Shown: positions 27,607 to 37,826 of the stretch, piece after piece
How the letters are laid out: each line of letters begins with the position of its first letter
Numbering within the stretch: position 1 is the stretch's first letter
From: an uncultured Candidatus Saccharibacteria bacterium
Lineage (GTDB): Bacteria > Patescibacteriota > Saccharimonadia > Saccharimonadales > JAUPVS01
Direction: 5' to 3'
Assembly: GCA_964627095.1 (NCBI GenBank)
Contig: CAZVKH010000001.1
Span: forward strand, 8,451-72,450
DNA: 64,000 nt
Notes under the pieces: generated by a model
What the model was told of the DNA's origin: nothing
Databases searched by the model: none
The model's input: the letters and a program-made list of their open reading frames with translations, nothing else
Translations under genes and position numbers: made by a program

Positions 27607-28512
27607 TTAGGCGCCGACGCGGTCGCGCTTGCCGCGCTTGCTCTTGGCATTTTGTTCGACGTAGTCGATAATCTTGCCGGCAATATTGCGGCCGGTCACT
27701 TTTTCAATAGCAAAGCCAGGGCTGGCGTTAACTTCTAGTACTAATGGCCCGCGCTCGGAACGCATCAAGTCGACACCAGATATTGGCAGACCCATGGCCT
27801 TGGCGGCCCGTACGGCTGTCTTCTTTTCTTCGTCGGTCAGCTTAACCACCGTACCTTCACCGCCCTGGTGTAGGTTTGAACGGAAGTCATCATCTAGGCT
27901 TTGGCGCTGCATACTAGCTACAACCTTGCCATTAACTACAAAGGCCCGGATGTCGGTACCGGCCGATTCGGCCACAAATTCCTGCACCAAAAAGTTCACG
28001 CCTTCTACATAGAAAGCTTGCATTACCGCCTCGGCAGCTTTGCGAGTTTCGGCTAGTACGACGCCCTTACCGTGAGTACCGCGGGCCACCTTAATAATTA
28101 GTGGTGCACCGCCGGCTTGTTCAATTAAGTCCTCTACCTGGGCAGTTTCGCGGGCAAATACAGTTTTAGGGATACCAACGCCAGAACGAGCTAGAATCTG
28201 AGCGGCGCGCAGTTTGTCGCGCGTGCGGTTGATCGCTAGCGAACTAGCGGTACTAAAAACGCCCTGCATCTCGAATTGGCGCACAATTGAAGTACCGTAC
28301 TTGGTTAAGTTAGAGGCAATGCGCGGGATAATAACGTCGATGTCGTTTATTTCTTCACCTTCGTAACGCACGACTGGGTTGCCTTGTTCTAGAGTTACAT
28401 AGCACTTGGCATAGTTAATAACGCGGACGTTGTGGCCACGTTCTTCGGCTTCGGCCTTGATTCGCTTGGTTGAAACGTTATCAGGGCCCTTCGACAAAAT
28501 AGCTATGTTCAT
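27607..28512 (-). CDS. rimK: RimK-family ATP-grasp alpha-L-glutamate ligase
   Basis: ATP-grasp fold motifs, 301 aa. Confidence 0.8.
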   Translation of the reverse strand: MNIAILSKGPDNVSTKRIKAEAEERGHNVRVINYAKCYVTLEQGNPVVRYEGEEINDIDVIIPRIASNLTKYGTSIVRQFEMQGVFSTASSLAINRTRDKLRAAQILARSGVGIPKTVFARETAQVEDLIEQAGGAPLIIKVARGTHGKGVVLAETRKAAEAVMQAFYVEGVNFLVQEFVAESAGTDIRAFVVNGKVVASMQRQSLDDDFRSNLHQGGEGTVVKLTDEEKKTAVRAAKAMGLPISGVDLMRSERGPLVLEVNASPGFAIEKVTGRNIAGKIIDYVEQNAKSKRGKRDRVGA

Positions 28513-28521
28513 ATTCCGACC

Positions 28522-28935
28522 TTACTTATTTATTCTGTTTACGTCAACTAGCAAGTTATTCTTGCGGATAAAACGACGACCAATTAACACCGGCCACTTC
28601 ATCTCGCTGCGATCGGCCAAGGTTAATAGGATGTCGTATTCATTACCATCAAGAATGATTTTAGTATCTATGGCGTAACGACGCTCTTCGTGACCATTCG
28701 AGCTAGTGACGCGTTTTATGCGATATTCGTTTACGGCAATAACCTTTTCGGGATGGTCAAAGGGCGAAAAGTAGAGCGTTTTGACACCGTCCACCACTTC
28801 TTTACGAATGTTGGTAGCATGAAGCGCACCGGTGTAGGCACCGGTATCAATTTTGGCGACAACCTTAGTAATACCAAACTCTGGGAAGCTGGCTTTTTCG
28901 AAGGCACCAATAACTTTTTGCGGTTCTTTAGTCAT
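28522..28935 (-). CDS. RimK-associated retropepsin-like putative protease (DUF785 / 'ATP-dependent zinc protease' family)
   Basis: 137 aa, KIDTGAYTGALH motif (aspartyl-protease-like DTGA). Conserved partner immediately upstream of rimK. Confidence 0.65.
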   Translation of the reverse strand: MTKEPQKVIGAFEKASFPEFGITKVVAKIDTGAYTGALHATNIRKEVVDGVKTLYFSPFDHPEKVIAVNEYRIKRVTSSNGHEERRYAIDTKIILDGNEYDILLTLADRSEMKWPVLIGRRFIRKNNLLVDVNRINK

Positions 28936-29004
28936 AGTTATCCCACTTACGCTTAAACTATCTAAATTATAGCATATTTCTTTATATTTTTCAATACTTT
29001 GCGC

Positions 29005-29121
29005 CTATTTTGGGGCGCTGGCAACCCTGGCGTAAACCAAGACGATCGCTACAACCAGTATAACAAGCAGGAATATCATAAGTGGGATAAAGCCATCTTG
29101 ATTAAGCTTGAGCCGTTTCAT
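29005..29121 (-). CDS. Possible 38-aa single-TM micro-protein
   Basis: MKRLKLNQDGFIPLMIFLLVILVVAIVLVYARVASAPK. ATG at 29121 sits inside the palindromic divergent -10 region. Confidence 0.25.
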   Translation of the reverse strand: MKRLKLNQDGFIPLMIFLLVILVVAIVLVYARVASAPK

Positions 29122-29129
29122 GGTATAAT
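29121..29129 (+). promoter_or_regulatory. Extended -10 TGGTATAAT for the GGDEF gene, overlapping the reverse-strand extended -10 TGGTATGAT (near-palindrome GGTATAATCATACC)
   Basis: TGnTATAAT 38 nt upstream of the ATG at 29167. Confidence 0.4.
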
Positions 29130-29166
29130 CATACCAGAATCGACCAAATAAAAACGACAACAAACT

Positions 29167-30039
29167 ATGAGCCAAGATCAACCTCAACAACCTCAGGAAG
29201 CTCCAGCTGAGTATGCCGACGTCTGGCACCAGCTCGACCCAGGCACGAAACTGCTTTTGTCGGACCCCGAAGGCTTAATACCAGCCGAGCAGCCACCTTA
29301 TAATCCCGATCCACCAGAAAGTCTCGGTTTAATCGGCAGCGTTGAAAAAGATGCTTATAAATATGCCTATACAGCAGCTCGCGGACTAGTTGAAAAGGAT
29401 GTCTTGAAAAAAGAAAACCTAATAACCACCCAAGAAAGAGACCAAGCCCAACTGGCCGCCAAAGAGGCTCGTTACGAAGCCACACATGACAAGATGACTG
29501 GGTTTTATAATAGAGCTGGTTTTGATATAGCCTTACAGCGCATGATAGACACCAACCCTGATGCCGATATTGGCATACTATATATTGATATTGATAACTT
29601 CAAATCTATAAATGATTCCGAAGGGCATGATGGAGGTGACGCCTTCCTTAAGGAGACCGTTGCTTGGTTGCGAGAAGTCAATGATCACCCCGAGCAAACC
29701 ATGGACAGCCAAATCGATCCGGCCGAACAAGATATGATCATGGCTAGAGTCGGTGGCGATGAGTTAGTCATAGCTATAAACTACAGCCGGGTCAACCGGC
29801 CCATAGACGAAAGCGTCGAAAAACAACTGCTAACTGATCGCGACCGCTTATACAAAGGTTTTAACCAGTTCATGGAAAAACAACATTACTACCTACTTAC
29901 CGAATTCAATGTTGGTGTCTCAATTGGCGTAGCCCACTGGCGCCTGGGCATTGACCCAGATAAACTTGTTATTCGTGGGGATAAAGACATGTACCGTCAA
30001 AAGGCTATTAATAGACGTGGCGGTGATCGGCGTCGTTAG
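29167..30039 (+). CDS. Stand-alone GGDEF-domain diguanylate cyclase (GGDEL variant) with Pro/Gln-rich N-terminus
   Basis: …GFYNRAGFD…ILYIDIDNFKSINDSEGHDGGD…RVGGDELVI… (GGDEF-family fold; active-site GGDEL). Confidence 0.8.
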   Translation: MSQDQPQQPQEAPAEYADVWHQLDPGTKLLLSDPEGLIPAEQPPYNPDPPESLGLIGSVEKDAYKYAYTAARGLVEKDVLKKENLITTQERDQAQLAAKEARYEATHDKMTGFYNRAGFDIALQRMIDTNPDADIGILYIDIDNFKSINDSEGHDGGDAFLKETVAWLREVNDHPEQTMDSQIDPAEQDMIMARVGGDELVIAINYSRVNRPIDESVEKQLLTDRDRLYKGFNQFMEKQHYYLLTEFNVGVSIGVAHWRLGIDPDKLVIRGDKDMYRQKAINRRGGDRRR

Positions 30040-31133
30040 CGCCAAAAACCTTTTTTGTGGCCCTGACTTTTACCAAACTGTTCGAGTAAGTCCTTCTGTT
30101 CTTTAGAAAGTTTGTGTGGTGTTTCGACCACCAAAGTAACAATATGAGCGCCGCGGCCACCACCACGCATGTGCGTGACACCGTGACCAGATAGTTTAAA
30201 GTCGGTGCCACTCTGCGTACCAGCCGGCACTTTCATGCGGACTGGTCCATCGACAGTTTCTACTTCTATTTCGGTACCGAGGGCGGCCGCTACCATGCCG
30301 ACGGTTTCTTGGCTCAAAATTAGATCGCCTTCGCGCGTGAACTTTTTGTGGGGTTTAACTCGTACATCAACGTACAAGTCACCGGTTTCACCACGCCCCA
30401 TGGCGTTGCCTTGTTCGCGTAAACGGATGGTTGTACCATCGTCAATGCCGGCCGGAACTTTAATTTGCAGCTCGCGTTGTTTGTGCTGAGTGCCCTTACC
30501 GTGACAAACACTACAAACCTTTTCTGGAACCTTACCGGCACCATGGCAGGTTGGGCAAACGGCGGCTTGCTCGATATTACCAAAGATCGTTCGGACGGCC
30601 TGGCGAACCTGTCCGTGCCCGTTACAGGTTTGGCAAGTCTTTAGTTCGTGACCAGGTTCAACAGTTGTACCCTTACAGTGTTCGCATTTAACCTGGCTGC
30701 TATAACGAACGGTCACCTCAGTGCCAAAGACAGCTTCTTCAAAACTAATTGTCGTGGCGACACTAACGTCTTCGCCGCGACGACGCTGCCGGCCACCTTG
30801 CTGGCCACCACCAAAGAAACTACTAAAGATGTCGCCCAGGCCAAGATCGCCAAAATCAAAGTTCACATTTTGGCCTTGGCCACCAAAACCAGCAAACGGA
30901 TCACCGCCGCCACTCGCACCACCGACGCCAGCATGGCCAAACTGATCATAGCGCTGGCGCTTACCACCATCTTTTAGAACCTCATAGGCTTCGTTGACTT
31001 CCTTGAACTTGGCCTCGTCGCCACCACGATCGGGATGAAACTCAATCGCCTTCTTGCGAAAGGCTTTCTTGATTTCGTCATCGCTGGCCGATTTACCAAT
31101 GCCCAGGACTTCGTAGTAATCACGCTTGCTCAT
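30036..31133 (-). CDS. dnaJ: Chaperone DnaJ
   Basis: J-domain with HPD (KAIEFHPDRGGD), Gly-rich linker, four CxxCxGxG repeats. Confidence 0.95.
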   Translation of the reverse strand: MSKRDYYEVLGIGKSASDDEIKKAFRKKAIEFHPDRGGDEAKFKEVNEAYEVLKDGGKRQRYDQFGHAGVGGASGGGDPFAGFGGQGQNVNFDFGDLGLGDIFSSFFGGGQQGGRQRRRGEDVSVATTISFEEAVFGTEVTVRYSSQVKCEHCKGTTVEPGHELKTCQTCNGHGQVRQAVRTIFGNIEQAAVCPTCHGAGKVPEKVCSVCHGKGTQHKQRELQIKVPAGIDDGTTIRLREQGNAMGRGETGDLYVDVRVKPHKKFTREGDLILSQETVGMVAAALGTEIEVETVDGPVRMKVPAGTQSGTDFKLSGHGVTHMRGGGRGAHIVTLVVETPHKLSKEQKDLLEQFGKSQGHKKGFWR

Positions 31134-31286
31134 TATCACCTCGTCTTAGTTGGGTAGCTTCTATTATATTCCGAAAATTCAATTCTGGGTCGGCTGTTTC
31201 ATCCGGCGGTATTGTCGTATCTTGTAGATCCTGGTAATACTGAGTTACTCGCCGACCCTTTTCTTGTAGAGCATCATCGAATTCAC

Positions 31287-31601
31287 TCATGCCAACTCCT
31301 GTTCTAGCCAAGTCTGAGCATCTTTTGATAACTTAGTGACAGGAATCGATTGAAGGACAAACGTGTCATAACTATGCAACTTGGCAACTTCTCTTTCGAC
31401 CTTTTCAAACAGATCCTCGCGCGAGTCCATCACCAATAGAGTTTCGTGGTTATTGGCTTTTTCGCCCTTCCAAAGAAAGTGAGAATCTACCGAAACCTGC
31501 TTGGCGCAAGCTACCAACTTTAGGTCAAGTAAGGATTGAGATATCAAGTCAGCCTCAGCTCGATCTTTACAGGTTAACCAAAGTTGGCAAAAGCCTGGCA
31601 T
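31287..31601 (-). CDS. cutA: CutA1 divalent-cation tolerance protein, inserted between dnaK and dnaJ
   Basis: 104 aa, …LKLVACAKQV…SHFLWKGE…ETLLVMDS…HSYDTFVLQSIPV… CutA family pattern. Confidence 0.65.
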   Translation of the reverse strand: MPGFCQLWLTCKDRAEADLISQSLLDLKLVACAKQVSVDSHFLWKGEKANNHETLLVMDSREDLFEKVEREVAKLHSYDTFVLQSIPVTKLSKDAQTWLEQELA

Positions 31602-33520
31602 TATTTTTTCTTCTTGTCTTCTTTTTCGTCGTCGACGACTTCGCCTTCGACTGGTTCGTCTTTGTCGGACTTCTTGTCACCGTCTTCGGCTGGGGCTTCT
31701 TCTTTGGCAGCTTCTTCATAAAGCTTGGCGCCAATTGGCATAGTCTTGTCGGTTAGCTCCTTGGCAGCGGCTTCTAGGGCATCTTTGTCGGCCTTGTCGT
31801 CAGCTACAACTTTTTTAGCATCTTCAACGGCTTCTTCGATTACCTTCTTGTCGTCATCGCTAATCTTGTCTTTATTGTCGGCAATCATCTTCTCGGCCTG
31901 ATAGACAGAACTGTCTAGGGTATTGCGGGCATCAATTGCTTCGCGCTTTTTCTTGTCCTCTTCGGCATGAGCTTCGGCTTCTTTAGCCATTTTTTCGACT
32001 TCTTCTTTAGAAAGGCCCGAGCTGTTTTGGATAGTAATACTCTGTTCCTTACCCGAACCCTTGTCCTTGGCCGAGACATTCAAGATACCGTTGGCATCCA
32101 AGTTAAAAGTAACTTCAATCTGGGGAACACCGCGGGGGGCCGATGGAATACCATCGAGCACAAAACGTCCGAGTGACTTGTTGTCGGCGACCATTTCACG
32201 CTCACCTTGGACAACGTGGATTTCTACTTGTGGTTGGTTGTCGGCAGCAGTACTAAAGGTTTCGGACTTGCTGGTTGGAATTGTCGTGTTACGTTCAATC
32301 AGTTTAGTCGCGACGCCACCAAGCGTTTCGATACCAAGACTAAGTGGTGTTACGTCTAGCAAAAGCACGTCTTTAACGTCACCCTGCAAGACACCACCTT
32401 GAATGGCGGCACCAATGGCCACAACTTCGTCGGGGTTAACACCCTTCATTGGTTCTTTGCCAAAGATGTTCTTAACCTTTTCTTGAACGGCCGGCATACG
32501 GGTCATACCACCAACCAGAACAATGGCATCGATGTCACTGGCTTTTAGGCCAGCGTCTTTAAGGGCCTTTTCGCAAGGAATAGCTGTTTTGTCGATTAGC
32601 TCGCCAACCAAGCTTTCCAACTTAGAGCGAGTCAGCTTGTGCTCAAAGTGCTTAGGACCATCGGCGTCGGCTGTTAAGAATGGCAGGTTAATGTTGATTT
32701 CGTTAGTGGTACTAAGCTCGATCTTGGCCTTTTCGGCTTCGTCACGCAGACGCTGCATAGCAGCTTTGTCGTCGGTAATGTCTAGGCCGTGTTCTTTTTT
32801 GAACTCGTCGGCAAAGTAGTTTACTAAAACGCGGTCGAAGTCGGCACCACCTAGGTGAGTGTCACCATTGGTGGACTTAACTTCAAAGACACCGTCACCC
32901 AGTTCCAAAATGGAAACATCGAAGGTACCACCACCAAGGTCGTAAACGGCAATTTTTTCGTCTTTCTTACTGCCCTTGTCCAAACCGTAGGCTAAAGCCG
33001 CGGCAGTTGGTTCGTTGATAATACGCTTGACTTCTAAGCCGGCAATTTTACCAGCATCTTTAGTAGCTTGGCGCTGTGAGTCATCAAAGTAAGCCGGTAC
33101 GGTAATAACAGCCTCGGTAACGCTGTCGCCCAAAAAGCTTTCGGCGTCAGTTTTAAGCTTGCCCAAGATCATGGCACTAACTTCTTCGGGGCTGTATTCT
33201 TTGTCGCCCATCTTTACCTTAACGCCGTTACCAGACTTAACCATCTCGTAACCCATTAGCTTGATGTCGCGCTGAACTTCTTTGTCGTTCCAGTTGCGAC
33301 CAATTAGGCGCTTTACTTCGTAAATTGTATTGCCGGGGTTAGTAACTTGCTGGCGGCGAGCTACCTGGCCGACTAATCTTTCGCCATTTTTATTGACGGC
33401 GACGACTGACGGCGTGGTGCGCGCACCTTCTGAGTTAGCAATAATTTCTGGCTTACCAGCCTGCATAACAGCCATGGCTGAGTTAGTTGTTCCTAGGTCG
33501 ATTCCGATGATTTTTCCCAT
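31601..33520 (-). CDS. dnaK: Chaperone DnaK (Hsp70)
   Basis: [18 protein letters not shown]…, 639 aa, acidic C-terminal tail. Confidence 0.97.
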   Translation of the reverse strand: MGKIIGIDLGTTNSAMAVMQAGKPEIIANSEGARTTPSVVAVNKNGERLVGQVARRQQVTNPGNTIYEVKRLIGRNWNDKEVQRDIKLMGYEMVKSGNGVKVKMGDKEYSPEEVSAMILGKLKTDAESFLGDSVTEAVITVPAYFDDSQRQATKDAGKIAGLEVKRIINEPTAAALAYGLDKGSKKDEKIAVYDLGGGTFDVSILELGDGVFEVKSTNGDTHLGGADFDRVLVNYFADEFKKEHGLDITDDKAAMQRLRDEAEKAKIELSTTNEININLPFLTADADGPKHFEHKLTRSKLESLVGELIDKTAIPCEKALKDAGLKASDIDAIVLVGGMTRMPAVQEKVKNIFGKEPMKGVNPDEVVAIGAAIQGGVLQGDVKDVLLLDVTPLSLGIETLGGVATKLIERNTTIPTSKSETFSTAADNQPQVEIHVVQGEREMVADNKSLGRFVLDGIPSAPRGVPQIEVTFNLDANGILNVSAKDKGSGKEQSITIQNSSGLSKEEVEKMAKEAEAHAEEDKKKREAIDARNTLDSSVYQAEKMIADNKDKISDDDKKVIEEAVEDAKKVVADDKADKDALEAAAKELTDKTMPIGAKLYEEAAKEEAPAEDGDKKSDKDEPVEGEVVDDEKEDKKKK

Positions 33521-33536
33521 AATTGTGGTTCCTTTC

Positions 33537-33725
33537 TTAATCTGAGTACACTTGTTCGTTTAATTCTGCTGGCGTTGCTTCTGGCGGCTTTTGGGGGTGG
33601 GGTGGCCGGTGAGCATTTTTGTGTGCCTCCTGGGCGGCTGCGACATCTGGTCTTACGGGAGGACCGTCACCACCAAGCGCTTCGGCTTTAGCAATAAAGT
33701 CGGCCTGGCTTGCTATTTCGCTCAT
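33537..33725 (-). CDS. Small Pro-rich hypothetical protein between grpE and dnaK
   Basis: 62 aa. The ORF overlaps the grpE stop. Confidence 0.3.
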   Translation of the reverse strand: MSEIASQADFIAKAEALGGDGPPVRPDVAAAQEAHKNAHRPPHPQKPPEATPAELNEQVYSD

Positions 33726-34207
33726 GTCTGACTCCCCTTTTGCATTGTTACCTTTACCATGGCATGGCGAATAACCGAGTCATTCAAGCAATAACCCGAC
33801 TGTAGCTCTTCGCTAACCACCTCTACCGCACCCTCGCCCAAACCATCGCCTTCGTCCATACTGACGGCTTCGTGAACGGTTGGGTCAAAGACTTCACCAA
33901 CCGTTTTAATGCGCTGTACACCCATTTGCTGTAAGGTGGACTCGAACTGCTTAACAACACCTTGGACGCCTTGTACGTAGCTGTTGTCGGCCAATTCAGC
34001 GGGCACATGCTTAAGGGCTCGTTCAAAGTTATCAATTACCGGCAATAAATCTTCGATGACCTGCACCTTAATATGGTTTTGCAAGTTAGCGACTTGGTCA
34101 CCATGCTGGCGGCGAACATTAATTACGTCGGCGCGTTCGCGCTGCAGGGCTTCGGTTAGTTCGGCAATCTGCTGTTGTAACTCAGCAACGGTTGGTTTTT
34201 TAGGCAT
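33722..34207 (-). CDS. grpE: Nucleotide exchange factor GrpE
   Basis: 161 aa, GrpE C-terminal beta-domain pattern. Confidence 0.9.
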   Translation of the reverse strand: MPKKPTVAELQQQIAELTEALQRERADVINVRRQHGDQVANLQNHIKVQVIEDLLPVIDNFERALKHVPAELADNSYVQGVQGVVKQFESTLQQMGVQRIKTVGEVFDPTVHEAVSMDEGDGLGEGAVEVVSEELQSGYCLNDSVIRHAMVKVTMQKGSQT

Positions 34208-34904
34208 ACAGCATCTCCTCTAAGGTGTTACCAGCGTGTTCCACCAAGCGCATAACGTCACGATATTGCTGGCGGGTAGGTCCCAGTACGCCAATATAGC
34301 TATGGTCGCTATACGGACTCCGGAACTTACTAATGATCAACGAGCAACGCGCACTGCGTCCAATTGGGTTTTCGCTACCAATATAGACGTTAAGCGGCTG
34401 GTTGGGGGCGGCTTCTTTCAGCCACGGCTCCAGGTTGTCCAGCAGCCTCGCAACTTGCTGGACCTGTTGACCATTAATAAACTCCGGCTGACCAAATAAG
34501 TTCGACAAACCACTCATGTATAACTGATCACCAATCGTGGCTATCCCCAAGTTATGAGTTAGCTCAACTAGGGTGTCAACAGTGTTACGAATCGCTCGTT
34601 CCGGTAGGCCGCTGCTAGTAGCTCGGGTTTCCAGGGCTTTAGAGGCTCGTTCGGGTGTTTTGTCGGGGTTGTCGTTGGCCAGAGCGTTTACGTAAACGCG
34701 GTAACCTTTGTCGGTCGGTACACGGCCGGCACTGGTGTGGGGCTGTGAAATGTAGCCCATGCGCTCTAGTTCGGCCATTTCGGCGCGGATAGTGGCCGAA
34801 GAAACACCAAAAACTTTGGCCATTAAACTAGAACCTACCGGACTGGCAACCTCGGCATACTGTTCCACAATAGCGGCTAGTATTTTCTGCTGTCGTTCTG
34901 TCAT
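34200..34904 (-). CDS. hrcA: Heat-inducible transcription repressor HrcA
   Basis: MTERQQKILAAIVEQYAEVASPVGSSLMAKVFGVSSATIRAEMAELERMGY…, 234 aa. Confidence 0.9.
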   Translation of the reverse strand: MTERQQKILAAIVEQYAEVASPVGSSLMAKVFGVSSATIRAEMAELERMGYISQPHTSAGRVPTDKGYRVYVNALANDNPDKTPERASKALETRATSSGLPERAIRNTVDTLVELTHNLGIATIGDQLYMSGLSNLFGQPEFINGQQVQQVARLLDNLEPWLKEAAPNQPLNVYIGSENPIGRSARCSLIISKFRSPYSDHSYIGVLGPTRQQYRDVMRLVEHAGNTLEEMLYA

Positions 34905-34925
34905 ACCTACAGATATGATAGAAAA

Positions 34926-34952
34926 TTAGCACTCACAAGTCAAGAGTGCTAA
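34926..34952. promoter_or_regulatory. CIRCE operator (TTAGCACTC-N9-GAGTGCTAA) overlapping the hrcA promoter (-35 TTGACT / -10 TATCAT)
   Basis: Perfect 9-bp inverted repeat with a 9-nt spacer, 22 nt upstream of the hrcA ATG. It overlaps the cmk stop codon. Confidence 0.9.
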
Positions 34953-35524
34953 TTAGCTTTTTTAAGCCAGTCTTGGTAACCCTTTAAAACAAGCTCTCGG
35001 ACTTGTTCTAGACTGTTAACTGCCGTATCAATAACCAGATCATAGTTACTCATGACATATGGATCAATGCCATAAAGTGCTTTATAACGGCGTGATTCGC
35101 TATCCAGTCGTTTTTGCAATAATTTAGCGTATTCACTAGGGTCGCGCTCAATATTCTCGCTAGCCAAACGAGCATCATCCATACCTTTAAGAATACGCTC
35201 GGCGGCAGTTTTTAAGTCTAGGTCTAGAAAAACCTTAAATGAATCTGGCATCCAGTGCCAAGCGGTGCGCGAATCTAGCACCAACTTATCGCCAGTATTG
35301 TTAAGTTCCTGTAAACGACCGTCGACTTTCCTATCGATATCGGCGTTGTCTTCGGCTGACAGGTTGGCTTGCAACACATCAACCCCATTCTCGCGGGCAA
35401 TTGCCCGAAATAAATCACCAGAAGAGAAATGATCATAACCAAGTGCGGTCGCAACTGCTTTGGCAGTACTCGATTTACCGCTGCCCGGTCGACCGGCAAT
35501 AGTTATAATCATCTTCTTTGTCAT
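34949..35524 (-). CDS. cmk: Cytidylate kinase-like P-loop NMP kinase
   Basis: MTKKMIITIAGRPGSGKSSTAKAV… The ORF-track N-terminal extension was removed. Confidence 0.7.
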   Translation of the reverse strand: MTKKMIITIAGRPGSGKSSTAKAVATALGYDHFSSGDLFRAIARENGVDVLQANLSAEDNADIDRKVDGRLQELNNTGDKLVLDSRTAWHWMPDSFKVFLDLDLKTAAERILKGMDDARLASENIERDPSEYAKLLQKRLDSESRRYKALYGIDPYVMSNYDLVIDTAVNSLEQVRELVLKGYQDWLKKAN

Positions 35525-35570
35525 TGACCAAGTATATAATAGAGATGGAGAGCAAACAAAAGGGGAATAC

Positions 35571-36020
35571 ATGAAAGCACTGAACTTCAGTTTACAAGAT
35601 CAAGACGACCAGACACATTCTTTACAAGATTACCGCGGCCAGTGGGTGGTGATTTATTTCTACCCCAAGGATGACACGCCGGGTTGCACCACCGAAGCTT
35701 GCAGTTTTCGGGATGAATACGATTACATCAAAGAGCATGGCGCCGTGGTATTCGGCATCAGCAAAGACAGCGTCGCCAGCCACAAAAAGTTTGCCACAAA
35801 ATACAACCTACATTTTCCGCTACTTAGCGACGAGTCACTAGATACCATCAAGGCCTACGGTGCTTATGGCGAGCGGAGCATGTACGGCAAAAAGTACATG
35901 GGCATTATCCGCTCCACCTTCTTGATTAACCCAGATGGCGAGATCGTTAAAGAGTACCCTAAGGTAACTCCCAAGGATCATGCTGTTCAGATCGTAAAAG
36001 ACTTAGTCGCGCTTCAGTAA
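35571..36020 (+). CDS. bcp: Peroxiredoxin Bcp (AhpC/TSA family thiol peroxidase)
   Basis: …VVIYFYPKDDTPGCTTEACSFRD… ATG at 35571 with AAGGGG Shine-Dalgarno. Confidence 0.8.
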   Translation: MKALNFSLQDQDDQTHSLQDYRGQWVVIYFYPKDDTPGCTTEACSFRDEYDYIKEHGAVVFGISKDSVASHKKFATKYNLHFPLLSDESLDTIKAYGAYGERSMYGKKYMGIIRSTFLINPDGEIVKEYPKVTPKDHAVQIVKDLVALQ

Positions 36021-37784
36021 AACAGTGAAGGCTTCGGCCGGGATATCAACTTTACCAAAGCGTTTCATGCGCTTCTTTCCCTTAGCCTGTTTGGCCAGCA
36101 CCTTCTTTTTGCGCGATACGTCACCGCCATACAAACCAGTCGTGACGTCTTTACGGAAGGCGCTGATGTCTTCGCGGGCGATAAACTTACCGCCAATAGC
36201 AGCCTGCAAGGCCACCTGAAAGTTCTGGCGCGGGATAACTTCTTTAAGCTTTTCAACAACTTCCCGACCCAGTCGCTGGGCTTCGCTGCGGTGCACCATA
36301 ATACTTAGGGCGCTGACAATTTCGTTGGCAACATAAAAGTCCAGTCGTACCAGATCTTCGGCCCGGTAGTTGTCTAGCTCGTAGCTAAACGAACCGTAGC
36401 CACTGGTAACGCTCTTGAGCTGATCATAAAAGTCGGTTAGTAGGTTCGCCAAAGGTGCCTCGAATGACACCAATGCCAACTGGGCATCAACGAATGACAG
36501 ATTCTTTTGCTGACCGCGCTTACTAACAATCAGCTGGATAACGGCACCGACATAGTCTTTAGGCACGACAATCTCACCCTTAATCCAAGGTTCGCGAATT
36601 TCGGCTATCTTGGCGGGATCTGGTAAGTCGGCGGCGCTTTTTATACTTAATTCTTCGTCATTTAACAGGGTTATCTGGTAGTCGGTCGAGGGATTGGTTA
36701 CTACCAAGTCAAGATTGTACTCACGCTCCAGGCGTTCGCGCACAATATCCATGTGTAGCAGGCCCAAAAAGCCAACGCGCACGCCAAAACCCAACACCGG
36801 TGAGTTTTCGAGCTCGAACTGCAAGGCCGAGTCACTTAAACTTAGCTTTTCAATGGCATCTTTGAGCTCTTGGTAGTATTCGTTCGACTCGGGAAAGAAA
36901 CCAGCATACACAAACGGCTTAACGTCTTTATAGCCAGGCAACGATTGTTCGGCCGGACGTTTAGTTAGCGTAACGGTATCACCAACGCGGGCTTCACGCG
37001 TGCTCTTGAGGTTGGTAACGATGTAGCCAATCTCGCCGACTTCGAGCTGCTTATTGGGAGTCATCCCTGGAGTTAGAGCGCCGACTTCGAGGGCAATGCC
37101 TTCAGCGCCGGTGGCCATCATGGTAATTGGGGCGTTCTTAGCAACGTCGCCGTCGACTAGACGAACATACAAGATGACACCGCGGTAGTCATCGTAGTAG
37201 CTATCAAAAATTAAGGCCCGGGTGGAGTCGGTCATGCCGCCGACGGGTGCCGGTACTTCTTCGATAACCTTTTGTAAAACGGCTTCGACACCTTGGCCGG
37301 TTTTGGCCGAAATATGCAAAATCTCTTCGGCTGTGCAGCCCAATAGCGCAATAACTTCGGCGCTCACCCGATCCACGTCAGCCGCTGGTAGATCAATTTT
37401 GTTAAGTACCGGGATAATCTTGAGGTCGGCCGCCATAGCCAAATAGACGTTGGCCAGTGTTTGCGCCTGGATACCCTGGCTAGCATCAACCACCAGAATC
37501 GCCCCTTCGCAGGCTTCGAGGCTGCGCGAAACTTCGTAACTAAAGTCAACGTGCCCAGGAGTGTCGATGAGGTTAAGCTGGTAGCCCTGATAGTTCATCC
37601 GCACTGGGGCCAGCTTAATGGTAATACCCTTTTCTCTTTCTAGGTCCATCTTATCGAGTAACTGGGCTTTCATAGCCCGCTTCTCGACCGTTCCGGTCAA
37701 TTCCAATAGACGATCGGCCAAGGTCGATTTACCGTGGTCAATATGGGCAATTATGCAAAAGTTTCTAATCTGTTCTTGATCCAT
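36003..37784 (-). CDS. lepA: Elongation factor 4 (LepA)
   Basis: IRNFCIIAHIDHGKSTLADRLL…, C-terminal LepA-specific domain. Confidence 0.95.
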   Translation of the reverse strand: MDQEQIRNFCIIAHIDHGKSTLADRLLELTGTVEKRAMKAQLLDKMDLEREKGITIKLAPVRMNYQGYQLNLIDTPGHVDFSYEVSRSLEACEGAILVVDASQGIQAQTLANVYLAMAADLKIIPVLNKIDLPAADVDRVSAEVIALLGCTAEEILHISAKTGQGVEAVLQKVIEEVPAPVGGMTDSTRALIFDSYYDDYRGVILYVRLVDGDVAKNAPITMMATGAEGIALEVGALTPGMTPNKQLEVGEIGYIVTNLKSTREARVGDTVTLTKRPAEQSLPGYKDVKPFVYAGFFPESNEYYQELKDAIEKLSLSDSALQFELENSPVLGFGVRVGFLGLLHMDIVRERLEREYNLDLVVTNPSTDYQITLLNDEELSIKSAADLPDPAKIAEIREPWIKGEIVVPKDYVGAVIQLIVSKRGQQKNLSFVDAQLALVSFEAPLANLLTDFYDQLKSVTSGYGSFSYELDNYRAEDLVRLDFYVANEIVSALSIMVHRSEAQRLGREVVEKLKEVIPRQNFQVALQAAIGGKFIAREDISAFRKDVTTGLYGGDVSRKKKVLAKQAKGKKRMKRFGKVDIPAEAFTVLLKRD

Positions 37785-37826
37785 TTGTCTTGCAGTATAA
37801 CAGAGGTCAACAGATATGGGTACTGT

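Noticed and set aside
31120-31290. 56-aa ORF between cutA and dnaJ
   Set aside because: It overlaps the dnaJ start by about 14 nt, has no Shine-Dalgarno or domain evidence, and is too weak to list as a feature.
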